Shown here: positions 62,737-64,000 of the stretch, piece by piece | Position numbering within the stretch: position 1 is the first letter of the stretch | How the letters are laid out: every line of letters begins with the position of its first letter | DNA from: Orbicella franksi | Lineage: Eukaryota | Assembly (NCBI GenBank): GCA_964199315.1 | Contig: OZ116704.1 | Coordinates: 2,480,001-2,544,000 of the forward strand | Reading direction: 5' to 3' | DNA: 64,000 bases | Notes under the pieces: model-generated | Database searches by the model: none | Seen by the model: only the letters and a program-made list of their open reading frames with translations | What the model was told of the DNA's origin: nothing | Made by a program: the position numbers and the translations under genes

Positions 62737-64000
62737 CACGAGTGTGTCTGTAACTGACATCACCATGGAAACTCTTGGTGTAGAGAAGAGATCTGTCGGT
62801 CAATCAGATGCTGACGTGATCCTGATCATCCAACTGGTCGCCATCTTTACACAGCCAGGCCAAGGATCCTGAAGTCAGCTGCTTGGCGTGACGCGATACA
62901 GGACTGTTGTGGACCACTTCATTTACATGTGTTAAACAGCTTTGTAGAACAAGGCAGAGCAGTGCAATGAGATGTAAACACGTGGTCCTGTATCCTGAAG
63001 CTTTGCTGTCCCGAGAGTGAAGACAAGCTTGCGGACATTCTCTTGATCTATCAATAATTGTCAGAATTAAGAAATGTATGGTAACCAGTAAGGACATGGA
63101 AAAACTCAAACTCGCCGTTAATTGTTGATCAACTCTCCCCCCCCCCCCTCCCCTCCCCCCCAAAAAACCCCTGTCAAGCCAGTCAGATTGCGCGTTTACT
63201 TGATAGTCGGTCTGGGTTGCGCTAGAATTTATTAGCAGTCAGTTTCAAACTACTTGAGAGGAACTCATTATTAGGGGCTCTCTGACGGGTGTTGTCCTAG
63301 GCGACTTCAAATCGTGCTGAAGCTCCATCTTTGTACACTTGACATAATATGACTGAAACCTTGAATAATTTCGAACGGTGCTGTACAGAAAAAATAAATC
63401 ATTCCCCCGGTACATAATATAACAAGAAGGATGAAACTCGGTTGCAGCAATAATTATTCAGGGGTAGAGAAATTATTTTTGAGGAAGAGAAACAAAGATG
63501 TTTTCCTCTATTTGAATTGAATAGAGTCGGAATTTTGTGTGTACAGAATTTGGAATGCAAGGCTATGAATAGTGGCGTAGATAGAGTGAAAGGCCGCTCC
63601 TTGTGCTAAGTATTTGTGTGCTTTTGTTGCCGTGCAATGTGTAGTTTATTTTTTTGGCTGTTGGACGAAGTCTGTCGACCTGAAAATCTTAAGGTGTTTA
63701 TCTCTTTTCAGGTGAACTCTCAAACTGAATCGATTAGAGGTAACAAGATTATTTCAAATTCCAGCTAAGGTTCTAGAAAGTATTAAATATAAGAAGTAAA
63801 TACAGTGGTCACAAACTACAATACTTAGAAAATACATTGACAGTAAATCTATTTAATAGTGAATTATGCAGGGACATCGTTCGCTTGAAATGTTTTTGAA
63901 CGATTTAAATGAACTGAGTGATCTGCTGAAGGCTATGAGAAATAAAAGTTTTACTGAAAACAGCAATGTTTGCCAGTAGTCATTTAGTTATGTTAAATTG

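Overview
AT-rich, intron-rich animal genomic DNA, most likely a stony-coral-like cnidarian (inferred from repeat families and gene style, not verified). There is one 140-N scaffold gap at 19849-19988. Three multi-exon genes can be spliced by hand into continuous frames: a GH35 beta-galactosidase-1-like gene (GLB1L2-like, 5394-18980, minus, 17 exons, last intron GC-AG), the Rab-GAP GRTP1/TBC1D6 (43128-51326, minus, 11 exons) and WDR44 (51876-62736, plus, 22 exons). GRTP1 and WDR44 are head-to-head with start codons 550 bp apart. The window also holds many MITE/SINE/LINE fragments, a 5'-truncated R4/Dong-type RLE retrotransposon abutting a (TAA)n microsatellite, and an 11-bp satellite. The 21.5-38 kb interval has no recognisable intact gene but contains the most unusual sequence. 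First, a ~2.2-kb branched, rod-like fold-back (about 28.0-30.27 kb) with collinear long-range helices and arm-specific side hairpins. Second, inside it, a near-perfect 56-bp double-hairpin minisatellite. Third, on both sides of it, six degenerate ~110-bp exon-like modules oriented toward it. A degenerate hammerhead ribozyme in a ~205-bp direct-repeat unit (retrozyme-like) lies in a GLB1L intron.
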